DNA of 64,000 nt from Candidatus Thorarchaeota archaeon (GTDB taxonomy: Archaea; Asgardarchaeota; Thorarchaeia; Thorarchaeales; Thorarchaeaceae). Below the pieces are notes generated by a model. The model ran no database searches. It was not told the origin of the DNA and saw only the letters and a program-made list of their open reading frames with translations. A program made the translations under genes and the position numbers. Positions 20,615 to 31,500 of the stretch are shown here, piece by piece. The DNA lies in contig JAWOEX010000028.1 of NCBI GenBank assembly GCA_046482545.1, forward strand, positions 160,001-224,000. Reading direction: 5' to 3'. The stretch's first letter is position 1. Every line of letters starts with the position of its first letter.

Positions 20615-22048
20615 ATGGAGGGAATGGTACTGGGCAGCAAAATCCTGTACGTAGGCCAGAACGAATCTCTCCGTTCAACGGTAGAGAATAGACTCGGAAA
20701 GCCACCATTCAACTTTGAAATCATTCAAACACCCTCGATAGAAAGTCTAGATTCCCTTTTGGACAATGATGAGTATGTTGGCGTGATTACTGATAGCCCC
20801 GTATCTAATTGCCGCCTTGTGCAGGATATTTGCGATATGTGTCAAGGGCGTGAAATATGTGCCGTTGTAATCTTGATCGCAAATGACAATGAGAAAAGAA
20901 ATCAGCAAATCCCTGTTACCGAACCGAACAGCCTATTCATCATTACAAATCAAAGCAAGTTGTGTGATGCGGCGTCCAAAGCAACAGACATAATCATCAG
21001 TTACATCATGCCAGAAAAAGGCCTACCTCTACATACGGGATTGCCAAGGAATTATTTCAGAATTGTTTTCGAAAATGCGCGGGTCGGCATTACTTTGGTT
21101 GGTCTTGATGACAGGATTATTGAAGTCAATCCTGAATTCCAGCAAATGGTTGGCTATTCCGAAGAAGAGCTAAAAGACATGACCATCACTGATATCATCC
21201 ATCCTGACGATATCAGTAAAGATTACAATCTTCTAGAACGCATGCTTTCTGAAAACGAAGACAGATATCAGATGGAAAGACGATATATTGCGAAAGATGG
21301 AGAGATAGTGTGGGCTAATCTAACCGTAACAGTGGTAAGGGATGACAATGGAAATCCCTTGTGGACACTTGGAATTGTACAAGATATAACCAAACAGAAA
21401 AAGGCACAACAGGAACTAAGAAAGCAAAAAGAGGAGCTTAGCGATTTCGCCCACGAAATGAGCCATGATTTGTCAAATGGATTGCACCAAGTCAGTGGAT
21501 ATCTGGATCTGTACCATGAGAATCATGATAAGGAGATGTACGAGAGAGCACAACGCATTTTGTTAAACATGGGAAGCCTGCTGAAATATAGTGTAGAACT
21601 CGCGGACGCCGGACAGATTGTTCAGAAGGAATCAGATGTTGATTTGAACGAGGTGGTAATGGACGTAGCCACCACAATTATACCAAGATGCATCGAGTAC
21701 ACACAGGACGAACTTCCATCGGTTCCTGCAGATAGAACGAAATTGCTGCAAGTGTTTCGAAATATCTTCGACAATGCGCTAGAGCATGGTAAACCAGACA
21801 ACATTGAAGTCAAAAAGAGAATGACGGAAGATGGAATGCATCTGCAGATAGTGAATGACGGTGAGTCCATACCCTCGGAACATGCTTCCAATCTGTTCAA
21901 GCGAGGTTTCACTACCAGACCCTCAAGTACTGGATTCGGCCTTACCATAACCAAGAAGATTGTTAAAGCACACGGCTGGGAAATCTCCCTAGCATCTACT
22001 AATCCGCCCATATTCGATATTTTTATACCGCGGAATTTTCTTGATTAG
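20615..22048 (+). CDS. Cytoplasmic PAS/PAC histidine kinase with degenerate N-terminal receiver-like domain
   Basis: PAS (VNPEFQQMVGYSEEEL, IHPDD), PAC (KDGEIVW...QDITKQK), H-box SHDLSN, NIFDNALEHG, NDG, GFTT, GFGL. Confidence 0.92.
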   Translation: MEGMVLGSKILYVGQNESLRSTVENRLGKPPFNFEIIQTPSIESLDSLLDNDEYVGVITDSPVSNCRLVQDICDMCQGREICAVVILIANDNEKRNQQIPVTEPNSLFIITNQSKLCDAASKATDIIISYIMPEKGLPLHTGLPRNYFRIVFENARVGITLVGLDDRIIEVNPEFQQMVGYSEEELKDMTITDIIHPDDISKDYNLLERMLSENEDRYQMERRYIAKDGEIVWANLTVTVVRDDNGNPLWTLGIVQDITKQKKAQQELRKQKEELSDFAHEMSHDLSNGLHQVSGYLDLYHENHDKEMYERAQRILLNMGSLLKYSVELADAGQIVQKESDVDLNEVVMDVATTIIPRCIEYTQDELPSVPADRTKLLQVFRNIFDNALEHGKPDNIEVKKRMTEDGMHLQIVNDGESIPSEHASNLFKRGFTTRPSSTGFGLTITKKIVKAHGWEISLASTNPPIFDIFIPRNFLD

Positions 22049-22159
22049 CGGTATTAAGAATCGGTGTGGAGATAGAGAGACTTACTAGATTTCAGCATAT
22101 TTAATTGAAGCCAAGAACATACACCATTCAGCTCGAAAGAGGAACACGAATTTCGGAGC

Positions 22160-22558
22160 TTGATTATCTTGAAGGTTGTTGTAATTGGTGAAACGAATAG
22201 AGATCTCGTTGAAATCAGCGATTTGTTGAAGAAGCAAGAAACAGATGGTGAAAGCGAAGATTCCGCAACTCAGTGGGCAGGAGAGATATCCAAGGCCCGC
22301 ATCTTGAATGAGGATAATCCTGACTTCGAGGAAAAGCTAACCGATGCAAATCCCAATGTCACAATCATAGTGTTAGACTCCGAGAAGGAATACGTCATGA
22401 AATCGAAACAATTAGTCAAAAACATCAGGAATAAGATTCCCGGGGTTATCGTAGTTGGTCTTGTGAATGAGGTGGAAGGAGACGACTCGCTTGCAATTGA
22501 TAGGATTGAATCGCTTCTTGGCGTAACATGTTATGAATTCCCAAGCCCGGAAGATTGA
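22160..22558 (+). CDS. Probable pseudo-GTPase (Arf/Rab-like fold lacking G1, G3 and G4 motifs)
   Basis: KVVVIG...IIVLDS...KSKQLVKNIRNKIPGVIVVGLVNE...IESLLGVTCY follows the Asgard Arf-like small GTPase pattern, but there is no GKT, DxxG or NKxD. Confidence 0.55.
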   Translation: MIILKVVVIGETNRDLVEISDLLKKQETDGESEDSATQWAGEISKARILNEDNPDFEEKLTDANPNVTIIVLDSEKEYVMKSKQLVKNIRNKIPGVIVVGLVNEVEGDDSLAIDRIESLLGVTCYEFPSPED

Positions 22559-22624
22559 AGAGGTATCATCGAATTCTGTTTATTAGTCACAGTTCCCGTA
22601 ATCAGCGAGAACTCGTGATTCACA

Positions 22625-23686
22625 ATGGCATCACCGACACTTGTCGCGCTACTCTTCAGCTCTGCGGCCATTAGCCTGATTGCAATGGTTGTTATCTTTC
22701 GGTCTTGGTGGAAGAACCGATTGCTCACCTCTTTTCTGTATGTGCTGGCCATTGCTTGTTTTGCGGGTATGGCTCTTGACATGTACTTGGATCAGGTCTT
22801 CATGCCATTTCGGAACTGGAGTCTTAACATCGGTGGCGAAACAATTTGGGTGTCCAACCTCCTCCTCGCCCTTCTTCTTGTAGGGGGATTCATCTTCTGG
22901 TACTTTGCGGTGCTCTATTCACAGTACGAGTCTCTTCCGCCACGCTCAAATGCTATTGCATTCCTTGCTGGCGCAGCTTTGCTAGCTGAACTTGAAGCTC
23001 AGAGTTGGTCCGCCCTTTTCCCGCTCATAATCGAAGCGATTGCGTTCGGAACGTTCATAGTCGAGATTATTCGATATGGTAGACGAGTGAGTCTGGCAAG
23101 CCATCATGATAACAAGAGACAGATACATCTTCATTTCTCAGGTTTTCTCGTGTGGCTTATGGCCGGTCCGTTGGGAGTTATTCTCGGAAATACTCCGGGT
23201 GTGCCGAGGTGGATTGGAGATTTGTGGCCGATACCCTACGGAGTTGGCTTACTTATGGTAGCCTACTCGGTCGCTGTGAATCCGCGACTATTAATACTCA
23301 GCGAAGCCAAACCGCTGGATTTACTCATACTTGACAAGAATGGAAATCTAGTAGTCGCGCAGAGATTCGAGCAATATCCACAGAGCGTGGATTCTGAGCT
23401 GATGGGTTCAGCGTTGTCGGGCGTCCTCAGTCTGATGCAGGACATGCTTGCTTCCAAGAAGGATTTGGAACGGATTGACCATGGAGATGTGAAAATCATT
23501 CTGGAGCATGGCATTCTGACTACATTCATTTTAGTGGCTACGCTTGAAACACCCGGCCTTCGACAATCTCTCCGCAACCTCCTCATGGAGTTCGAAACAA
23601 ACTACCGTGATGAGCTGTTGGAAGATACCGGCCTAGTTAGTTCATATGATGAGTTCAAGGATAGAACCAAGCGAGTATTGCTCTGA
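22625..23686 (+). CDS. About 7-TM membrane protein with C-terminal longin-like domain
   Basis: TM region, then LLILDKNGNLVV...DSELMGSALSGVLSLMQDML...LERIDHGDVKIILEHG...FETNY (Asgard longin-like signature). Confidence 0.8.
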   Translation: MASPTLVALLFSSAAISLIAMVVIFRSWWKNRLLTSFLYVLAIACFAGMALDMYLDQVFMPFRNWSLNIGGETIWVSNLLLALLLVGGFIFWYFAVLYSQYESLPPRSNAIAFLAGAALLAELEAQSWSALFPLIIEAIAFGTFIVEIIRYGRRVSLASHHDNKRQIHLHFSGFLVWLMAGPLGVILGNTPGVPRWIGDLWPIPYGVGLLMVAYSVAVNPRLLILSEAKPLDLLILDKNGNLVVAQRFEQYPQSVDSELMGSALSGVLSLMQDMLASKKDLERIDHGDVKIILEHGILTTFILVATLETPGLRQSLRNLLMEFETNYRDELLEDTGLVSSYDEFKDRTKRVLL

Positions 23687-23754
23687 AGAAATCTACAAAT
23701 GAGCATGGTCAGAATAATAAGATGCCTAGACATGTCGCTTGTAGAGGTGTTGAA

Positions 23755-24786
23755 ATGAGAAACTCGGCCACTAATGTTCTTTTCATTTGGGATGTTCGCG
23801 AAGAACTTCGGGATTACATCACCGAAGGCCTTGCAGATATGAAAGGTATCAATCTCATCTTCCCCGGCAGCTCGAACGAGGAGGATTATATGGAATACGC
23901 TCCTGATGTGGATATCATCGTAGGATGGAGGCCAAGCGAAAATCTACTTGAGCGTGCCCAGAAACTCCGCCTTTACATCAATCCGGGGTCTGGCGTACAG
24001 CACCTGCTAGATAAGTTCCGTTCCCTCGACCCGTCTCGAGACATCACATTGATCAACGGTCACGGAAATTCCTATTTCACCGCTCAGCATGCAGTGGCTC
24101 TTTTGTTAGCACTGACAAACAAGGTTATCCCCCATCACAATTGGATGGCACAGGGCAAGTGGCGAATGGGCGATGAAGAAGCTCGGTCAACACCTCTACG
24201 CGAAAGACATGTCGGATTGTTGGGTTACGGAGCAGTAAACAGTAAGGTACATCGATTCCTCAGCGGTTTCAGGCTAAGCTTCTCTGTCCTCAAGACAAGC
24301 TGGGAAGAAGAAACCGATTTGCCGACGCCAGTTACGAGATATACGCCTTCTAATCTTCATGATTTTCTCGAAGTGACCGATATCCTCATCATAGCATTCC
24401 CTCTTACAGATAAGACTGAGGGGCTTATTGGAGATGATGAACTCGAACTTCTTGGAAACCAAGGGGTCTTGGTAAATATGTCGCGGGGGGATGTTGTTGA
24501 CGAAGGGGCACTATATCGAGCCCTAGACAATGGGATCGTACGAGGTGCTGCAATAGATGTCTGGTATGATTACAAACCAGAACCTGATGAAGAGGGGCGT
24601 AAGTTCCCCTATGACGAAGAGCTACACCATTTCCATAAGCTAGAGAATATCGTGCTTTCACCGCATCGGGGCGCATCGCCCATGAACGACCTGAAAAGGT
24701 GGAACGAAGTGATAGAAAACATTCGAAGATTCTCAGTAGACCGAGATGATTATCTCAATATTGTGGATATAAAGCGTGGATACTAA
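23755..24786 (+). CDS. D-isomer-specific 2-hydroxyacid dehydrogenase family protein
   Basis: TAQHAVALLLAL, VGLLGYGAV, PLTDKTEGLI, NMSRG, AAIDVW, SPH. Confidence 0.92.
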   Translation: MRNSATNVLFIWDVREELRDYITEGLADMKGINLIFPGSSNEEDYMEYAPDVDIIVGWRPSENLLERAQKLRLYINPGSGVQHLLDKFRSLDPSRDITLINGHGNSYFTAQHAVALLLALTNKVIPHHNWMAQGKWRMGDEEARSTPLRERHVGLLGYGAVNSKVHRFLSGFRLSFSVLKTSWEEETDLPTPVTRYTPSNLHDFLEVTDILIIAFPLTDKTEGLIGDDELELLGNQGVLVNMSRGDVVDEGALYRALDNGIVRGAAIDVWYDYKPEPDEEGRKFPYDEELHHFHKLENIVLSPHRGASPMNDLKRWNEVIENIRRFSVDRDDYLNIVDIKRGY

Positions 24787-24873
24787 CACAGCTGAGATTT
24801 ATTAGGCATGATGTTCTTACAGTGTATGTCAGAAGACACGCCAGAAACCTACCTTATCAGAGAACAAAGAGTC

Positions 24874-24902
24874 TCCCTGATGAGATACTCATTCGTCAGG
24901 GA
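24874..24902. repeat. Inverted repeat / hairpin between the dehydrogenase and the surface-protein block
   Basis: TCCCTGATGA ... TCGTCAGGGA forms a 10-bp stem (one G-U) with a 9-nt loop; function unknown. Confidence 0.35.
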
Positions 24903-25004
24903 ATACCGGCATTGTGAGTCCGGAGTCGCTGAGTGTCTCTTTCCACTGAGGGTAGAATTGGTGTTTCAAGACAACAATCAAAAGAAAATTGGAGGAGGAG
25001 ATGT

Positions 25005-28000
25005 ATGAGATCCCGCGTATTCGCTATGTCAATCGTAATAGTACTCATGATACAACCATTCATTATTATCGGCACCATTATGCAACCAGAGTCACGGCCT
25101 GTTATTCAAGAAAAATCAACTAGCTCGCAGGAACCCGGAACTCGCCTTGAGCCAGACGAACACACGGCCCATGTGCCCATCCTCATTGATGAGGAGAGCG
25201 ATTTCGAAGCACAGGGATGGCCGGGGTCAGGAACCGAGAGCAGTCCGTATGTTATATCAGATTTAAACATTACATACAATGTTGATCAAGTTCTAATTAG
25301 AGTATACAATACCGACTCGTATTTTGTTATCAAGGATTGTTATCTTGGGCAATTGTCGGCTCGCAGGGCTATACACCTCGAGAATGTAACAAATGCAGAC
25401 ATAGAATTCGTAACTGTATCTTCAGCGGGAGATGGTATCAATGCAGTCAATGCGAACGCTTCAACTATTTCTCACGTTGATGCCCATGCAGAATCTTCTT
25501 TCAGCATGGAAATTACTCAGTCCGCGAATATTGAAATAGAATCAAACACCCTTTCAGGATACGGTCTATACCTCAGAGATAGCAGCGGTATTCATGCACA
25601 CGACAACGAGATTATCGACACGACTGGTTTGGGGGCACTTGTACTCAGATCAAATGGGACAATATTCCAGTCAAACGCAATAAAAGACACAACCGGTTAT
25701 GGGCTCCAGCTAGATAATAGCAGCCTGTGTGACATTGACGCAAATCATATCGAGAATACGGGATTTGATGGAATTTACTATAGACTCTCAGAGAATGTGA
25801 CAATAGTAGACAATGAAATTATCGAATCTGGATCTTCTGGAATTAATTTTGTGAGCTATGAATGGACAAGTATAATTGGAAACATCATTAATAACAGCAA
25901 TGCCTTTCCTATTGAGACTTGGGACCCCACTAATGGAATTATCTCAGAAAATGAATTGCTAAACAGCCCAACCCACTCAGGTATTGCTTTTCATTCATCC
26001 GCAGAGAACTTCACCATCACCGAAAACTACATCGAAAACTTTTGGAATGGCGTGTATTTCGTGAGTGGTTCTGAAATCGAAGTTTCTAGGAATACCATCA
26101 TTGATGTTGACAATTACTTTATCTACCACCAATCTATACCAAATGGAAGCGTAGTCAACAATACTTGTGTTAATTCGGCTAGGTCAGGAATCTATGCTTT
26201 TAATTCTCCAGGAACAAATATTTCTGGAAACGTGATAAATAATACTGGAAATCGGGCCATTTACACAAATTCTGCTAATCTTACCATAAGCAGCAATACC
26301 ATGTATGATAACGCTGTCGGAATACAAACGCTCTTCGACGCAGACAATATTGAGACCCATGATAATCAAATCGAACTGGCTGATGTGGGAATAAGAGTAT
26401 CAGGAGATGATGCGACGGTTGATTCCAATGATATCTACAACTGTCAAATTGGAATAGAGATTGCAGGTAGCGCTAATGAAGCCGAAATAAGCAACAATCA
26501 AATCATTGATGTTGAGGATAAAGGAATCTACGTAACAAATGCGAATACATCACTTGTTGCAAATACCATAGCAAATGCCTATACAGGTGTCTTCGTTGAG
26601 GATGCATCTAGCCCCACCCTTGAGAATAACACTATTCACAGTTCAACAATCGGGATTCACATCGTCACATCCTCTGGAGGTTTATTCGAAAACAACAATA
26701 TGACAGACTGTGGGTTATATTTCCCCAGTGGGCAATCAATAGCCAATCTAAATCATACCTTCATTGGGAATCATGTAAATGCAAAGCCACTGTTCTATGC
26801 TCTATCTGAATCAGGGCTTACTCTGGACGGAAATGAATACGGTCAAATAATCTTGGTGAACTGCTCAGATTCCTCCGTAAATGGGGGAGAGTTCACACGG
26901 TCAACGTCATCTTTTCAGGTATATCATTCAGAAAGGGTTGAGATTTCAAGTATCCATGTTGTGGATCAATGGCATGCTATGTCTATCTACGAATCAGTAA
27001 ACCTAACGATTGCAGACTCTGTGTTCGAAGGCACATCGGACAATGATGCCATCACGGCAAACTATGCAGATGGGTTTACGGCAGATAATGTCACCCTTAC
27101 TGATATCAACGGAATCGGGATATACGTCCAGAACGCAAATCCGTCTGTCGTCAAAAATAGTCATTTTGAGAATATTGCTGATTCAGCAGTGAGCTTCTAT
27201 GCTGTCGACGATGGAGTGATACAAGGCAATGAGCTCATTAACGCAACAAGAGGTTTGCATCTTCAATACACCATCAACACACTGATTGACGACAATCATC
27301 TCATGTGGAATACATATGGTATCCATTCAAGCTTGGAGTCTGATAATAATAATGCAACCTTCAACAATATCCATGACAATCAGTACGGAATAAGAATGGA
27401 TGATTGTTGGTCTTGGTTCATATACAATAACAGCATACGCTGGAATTCTGAAGGACTATACATTACGAATACCAATAACGACCAATGGATATACAACAAT
27501 ACATTTGCACTAAACACGGTCCATAACGGCTATGACACTGGCGATGACGATTGGGATGATCGCGTTGATGGAGGAAATTATTGGAGCGATTATTCCGGTT
27601 CTGGCGTTTACAATATTCCCGGTGGCATATCGATGGATCGCTGGCCCTACAAATACATCGTAACTGAGCCAGAGATCAACAATCCAAAGGATGTTTGGTA
27701 TGCTGAAGGGTCTGAAGGGAATGAGATAGTCTGGTTCCCAATTGATGATAATCTCAGAGATTGGACTTTTGAGATAGGTGATTACGTACGGGATTCAGGA
27801 CCTTGGAATTTCGATAATATAACTGTCAATATTGATGGTCTGAACTACGGAGTACACCAAGCCAAAATCACGGTAAGAGATCTCGATGGTAACAATGTCA
27901 CAGATACAGTCATGATTCACGTCTATGATGATACCCCCCCTCAAATCAACCACCTCCCCAATCGGATTGCATTTGTTGATGGAACAGATCAAACGCTCTC

Positions 28001-28595
28001 ATATGAGGTATCTGATCTCAATCCTGCCACCTATCATGTATATGTGGATGATAGTGAGTTCGAAGAAGGTAGCTGGACATCAGGAACTCTTGAAGTGGAT
28101 ATTGATGGCTTCGAAGCTGGGATTCATGAATTCCGTATCGTGATTAAAGATGACGATGGAAACGAAGCTACTGATACTGTGGAGGTAAGATTCATTGATG
28201 ACGATCAGGGGCCAACTATCGATAGCCCACCGGACATTATGTACGTTCAGGATACAACCGGGAACTCTATCGTTTGGTCGCCTTCTGATGAGTATCCAGA
28301 TCATTACATCATTACCAGCAACGATTCAGTCCTAGTGGAGGGTTCTTGGGGAGGCTCCCGAATAGCACTCAATGTGGATGGTCTTGATGTTGGTACTCAT
28401 GAGTTCACCTTAACGGTCTTCGATGGAAGTGGTTTGACTGCTTCAGATTCTGTGAATGTGACAGTTCTACCCACGCAGCCAACATCACCACAACAACCGG
28501 TTGACCTTCTAACGATTTTAATCATTGGAGCTGCAATAGGAGGGGCAGTTCTTGTGATTGCGGGTGTTCTTTACTATAGGAGGGAAAAGCAATGA
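25005..28595 (+). CDS. Cell-surface protein: right-handed parallel beta-helix (NosD/CASH), three Ig-like repeats, C-terminal TM
   Basis: GGAGGAGG RBS; signal peptide; GWPGSG cap; many N-x-I...GI beta-helix turns; GGNYWSDY; Ig repeats ending D.DGN...DTV; TM followed by RREK. Confidence 0.9.
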   Translation: MRSRVFAMSIVIVLMIQPFIIIGTIMQPESRPVIQEKSTSSQEPGTRLEPDEHTAHVPILIDEESDFEAQGWPGSGTESSPYVISDLNITYNVDQVLIRVYNTDSYFVIKDCYLGQLSARRAIHLENVTNADIEFVTVSSAGDGINAVNANASTISHVDAHAESSFSMEITQSANIEIESNTLSGYGLYLRDSSGIHAHDNEIIDTTGLGALVLRSNGTIFQSNAIKDTTGYGLQLDNSSLCDIDANHIENTGFDGIYYRLSENVTIVDNEIIESGSSGINFVSYEWTSIIGNIINNSNAFPIETWDPTNGIISENELLNSPTHSGIAFHSSAENFTITENYIENFWNGVYFVSGSEIEVSRNTIIDVDNYFIYHQSIPNGSVVNNTCVNSARSGIYAFNSPGTNISGNVINNTGNRAIYTNSANLTISSNTMYDNAVGIQTLFDADNIETHDNQIELADVGIRVSGDDATVDSNDIYNCQIGIEIAGSANEAEISNNQIIDVEDKGIYVTNANTSLVANTIANAYTGVFVEDASSPTLENNTIHSSTIGIHIVTSSGGLFENNNMTDCGLYFPSGQSIANLNHTFIGNHVNAKPLFYALSESGLTLDGNEYGQIILVNCSDSSVNGGEFTRSTSSFQVYHSERVEISSIHVVDQWHAMSIYESVNLTIADSVFEGTSDNDAITANYADGFTADNVTLTDINGIGIYVQNANPSVVKNSHFENIADSAVSFYAVDDGVIQGNELINATRGLHLQYTINTLIDDNHLMWNTYGIHSSLESDNNNATFNNIHDNQYGIRMDDCWSWFIYNNSIRWNSEGLYITNTNNDQWIYNNTFALNTVHNGYDTGDDDWDDRVDGGNYWSDYSGSGVYNIPGGISMDRWPYKYIVTEPEINNPKDVWYAEGSEGNEIVWFPIDDNLRDWTFEIGDYVRDSGPWNFDNITVNIDGLNYGVHQAKITVRDLDGNNVTDTVMIHVYDDTPPQINHLPNRIAFVDGTDQTLSYEVSDLNPATYHVYVDDSEFEEGSWTSGTLEVDIDGFEAGIHEFRIVIKDDDGNEATDTVEVRFIDDDQGPTIDSPPDIMYVQDTTGNSIVWSPSDEYPDHYIITSNDSVLVEGSWGGSRIALNVDGLDVGTHEFTLTVFDGSGLTASDSVNVTVLPTQPTSPQQPVDLLTILIIGAAIGGAVLVIAGVLYYRREKQ
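28316..28358 (+). repeat. 43-nt exact direct repeat, copy 1 (copy 2 at 31894-31936)
   Basis: CAGCAACGATTCAGTCCTAGTGGAGGGTTCTTGGGGAGGCTCC is identical in both paralogs. Confidence 0.9.
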
Positions 28596-31500
28596 AGAGA
28601 AATGCAATATCTATTCTTATGTTGACAATTCTAGTAATGCAACCGCTTCTGGTAATGGGCATTGGATTGCCAGGTTCTGAATCAGTGACTCAAACCGAGA
28701 AGCCTTTTGCGATGGCACAGGAGCCCGGCTCGCGATTAGAACCTGGTGAGTATACACCGCATGTACCCATTGCAATCGATGAAACATCGGACTTTGAAAC
28801 ACAGGGATGGCCAGGTTCAGGAACCCCTGGAGATCCGTATGTGATTTCCGAACTGAACATAACCTATGATGTGAATGAATTCTTGATAAGCATCGTAAAC
28901 ACAAATGCGTCGTTTGTGATACGGGACTGCTATCTTGACCAGGGTTCGTTAGAGTGGGCGATTAGATTTGCTAACACAACAGCGGCCACGATTGAGTATA
29001 CAACCATCGATTCAGCTCAGGGCGGCGTCTATCTGGAAAACAGCAACAACACGCATATCCTGCACGCCGATATGAAATCTCATACAAGCAACTCTGATGT
29101 AGCATATACGTTACTTCTAGAACAGTCGATAGGATGCTCTCTCGAGAACAACAGACTAGAAAGCGAGTATCGAGTAGTATTCGGAGTTGAAAGTAACAAT
29201 CTGACCTTGACACAGAACACACTCTATGGGAAATCTGGTTGGCACATTATCGTGCTCTCCTCCTGCAATTACACGACTAGTTCATCAGACACACTCTATG
29301 GTGGGTACAAACTAACTACCGCTCGGTGCCACCACCTAAGTTTCGATAACTTGCACATAGATGCCAGAGGGGGACTAAGTGTATTCAATGGAACTGATGT
29401 GCAAGTAGAGAGTACAACAATCAGCTGTGAAATTGACCGTGCATTTCTGCTACAGCTAGTAGATGGAGCTTCTGTTAAGAGCAGCATCTTCAGTTCTGAA
29501 GATTCCTCAGGTATTGATGTGATCACTAGTAGTAATGTTGACATTGAAGGATGCAATGTACATGATGTTGCAGGTCTTGGTATGTACTTCTCCAGCGCAT
29601 CAAACCTTTCGGTATCCACGTCCTCAGTATCTGACTCTGACGGGGAGGGCGTCTATGCCCTCAATTGTCCCAGTATGACATTCATTAACAACTACATTAC
29701 TAATACGGGAGATAACGGCTTTCATTCGGAAGGAGCCGAAAATCTCACTTTGACAGATAACAATGTTGAGCATGCGGATGGTTACGGTTTCTATCACGAT
29801 GACGGAGAGAACTTGATACTCCATCGGGACACGGTGAGCCATGCAACCGACGACGGGATTCGTGTTGATGTTGCTGATGACGCATCAATCATGGACAATG
29901 AAGTAACCTATTCCGAAGGAACTGGATTGTCCGTTAGTTCTAGCGATAGAGCTCTTATTCAAGGCAATGTTATTGATGATTGTGAGGGAGGCTTATCAGT
30001 TGATTCTTCAACCAACGTCACAATCTATGATAACCATGTATCAGATGTCACCCAAATAGGAATCGATTTGTACGACATGAAGACATCGGTCATAAGCGGT
30101 AATTCAGTAGATGCAAATGCAAGAGAAGGAATGACCTTGGATCTACTTGACGACTGCAACATCACAGATAACGCCTTAGAAGGCTGCGGATTCTATTGGG
30201 AACCAGATTTGGCAATTGGATACTATGAGCATCTCTTTGAAAACAATACTGTAAACGGCAATGATGTCTACTATGGTCTGCATGAGGAGGGTCAGGATAT
30301 AATTGCTGATGATTGGCCGCAAGTCTTTTTGATCAATTGCACCAACATGGATATTCACGACGGAACCTTCAACCAAATTACGGTTCCGGTGGAGCTTATT
30401 CACAGCGACAATTGCGAGATTTGGAACCTTGTTTCAACAGGCAATGAATATGGATTGCTCATATACCAAAGCGAGAATACGTCAGTTTATGATGTTGACA
30501 TAACAGGGCTTCCGTATGGCCATGGAATCATTGCATACTATGCTGATGGGTTCCAGCTTGTCAATTCATCCATTGAGAATTACAGAGCTATGGAAGGCCA
30601 TGGCTTGTTTCTTGGTTTCTCTGATCATACAGAAGTAGATGGATGCAAATTTGATTCTAACTACGTTAATCTGGGCATCAAGTCTGTGTTTGATATGACA
30701 ATATCAAACAATGAAATACTGAACGCAGCTGATGATGGTATTCGGACTGAGGCCCGATTCATGTTTGAACCAATATCAGAATATATTCGCATTGTAAACA
30801 ACACAATTCTCAATGCCACATATGGAATCTACATGGATCAGGCAAATAACATCACTATACTGGAAAACACGATAAGATACTGCAGTCTGACCGGTGTATA
30901 TTATGGTAGTTCTGAAATCAATGCTTTGAATGTCACTTCGAACACTATAGAGAATAATCGAGATGGAATCTGGATAACCAATGATGCAGGCTCCTTGGTC
31001 AATAATAACACTATTCGCTGGAATTATCGCTATGGAATCTATGTTGATACACCGGCGATTCCCGACATATACTATAACATCATCGCTCTCAATCACGAGG
31101 CCAACGGCGAAGACGAAAACGCAGGAACATTTTGGGATGATGGCGTCGATACCGGGAACTGGTGGGACGACTACAATCCTCCGGGAGCCTACGATGTGGA
31201 TGGTGATACCCAAGATAGGTATCCAATGCAGTACCTGCCCACTGAGCCAATCATAGACCAACCTGCCGACATCTACTACGCAGAAGGTTCGACAGGCAAC
31301 GAGATTATGTGGTATGCTCATGATGACTATCTAAGTGACTGGTCGGTCACTATTGATGGCGACACATGGGATTCCAACGCATATAATTATGACAACATCA
31401 CCGTAAACGTGGATGGCCTTGAGTATGGCACGCATACGGCTGTCCTTACTGTGTGGGATACTGAAGACAATTCAGCAAGCGACACGGTGCTTATTCATGT

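Noticed and set aside
24874-24930. CTGATGAG core suggesting a hammerhead ribozyme
   Set aside because: No GAAA after a stem II and no stem I/III arrangement; the sequence pairs as a simple hairpin.
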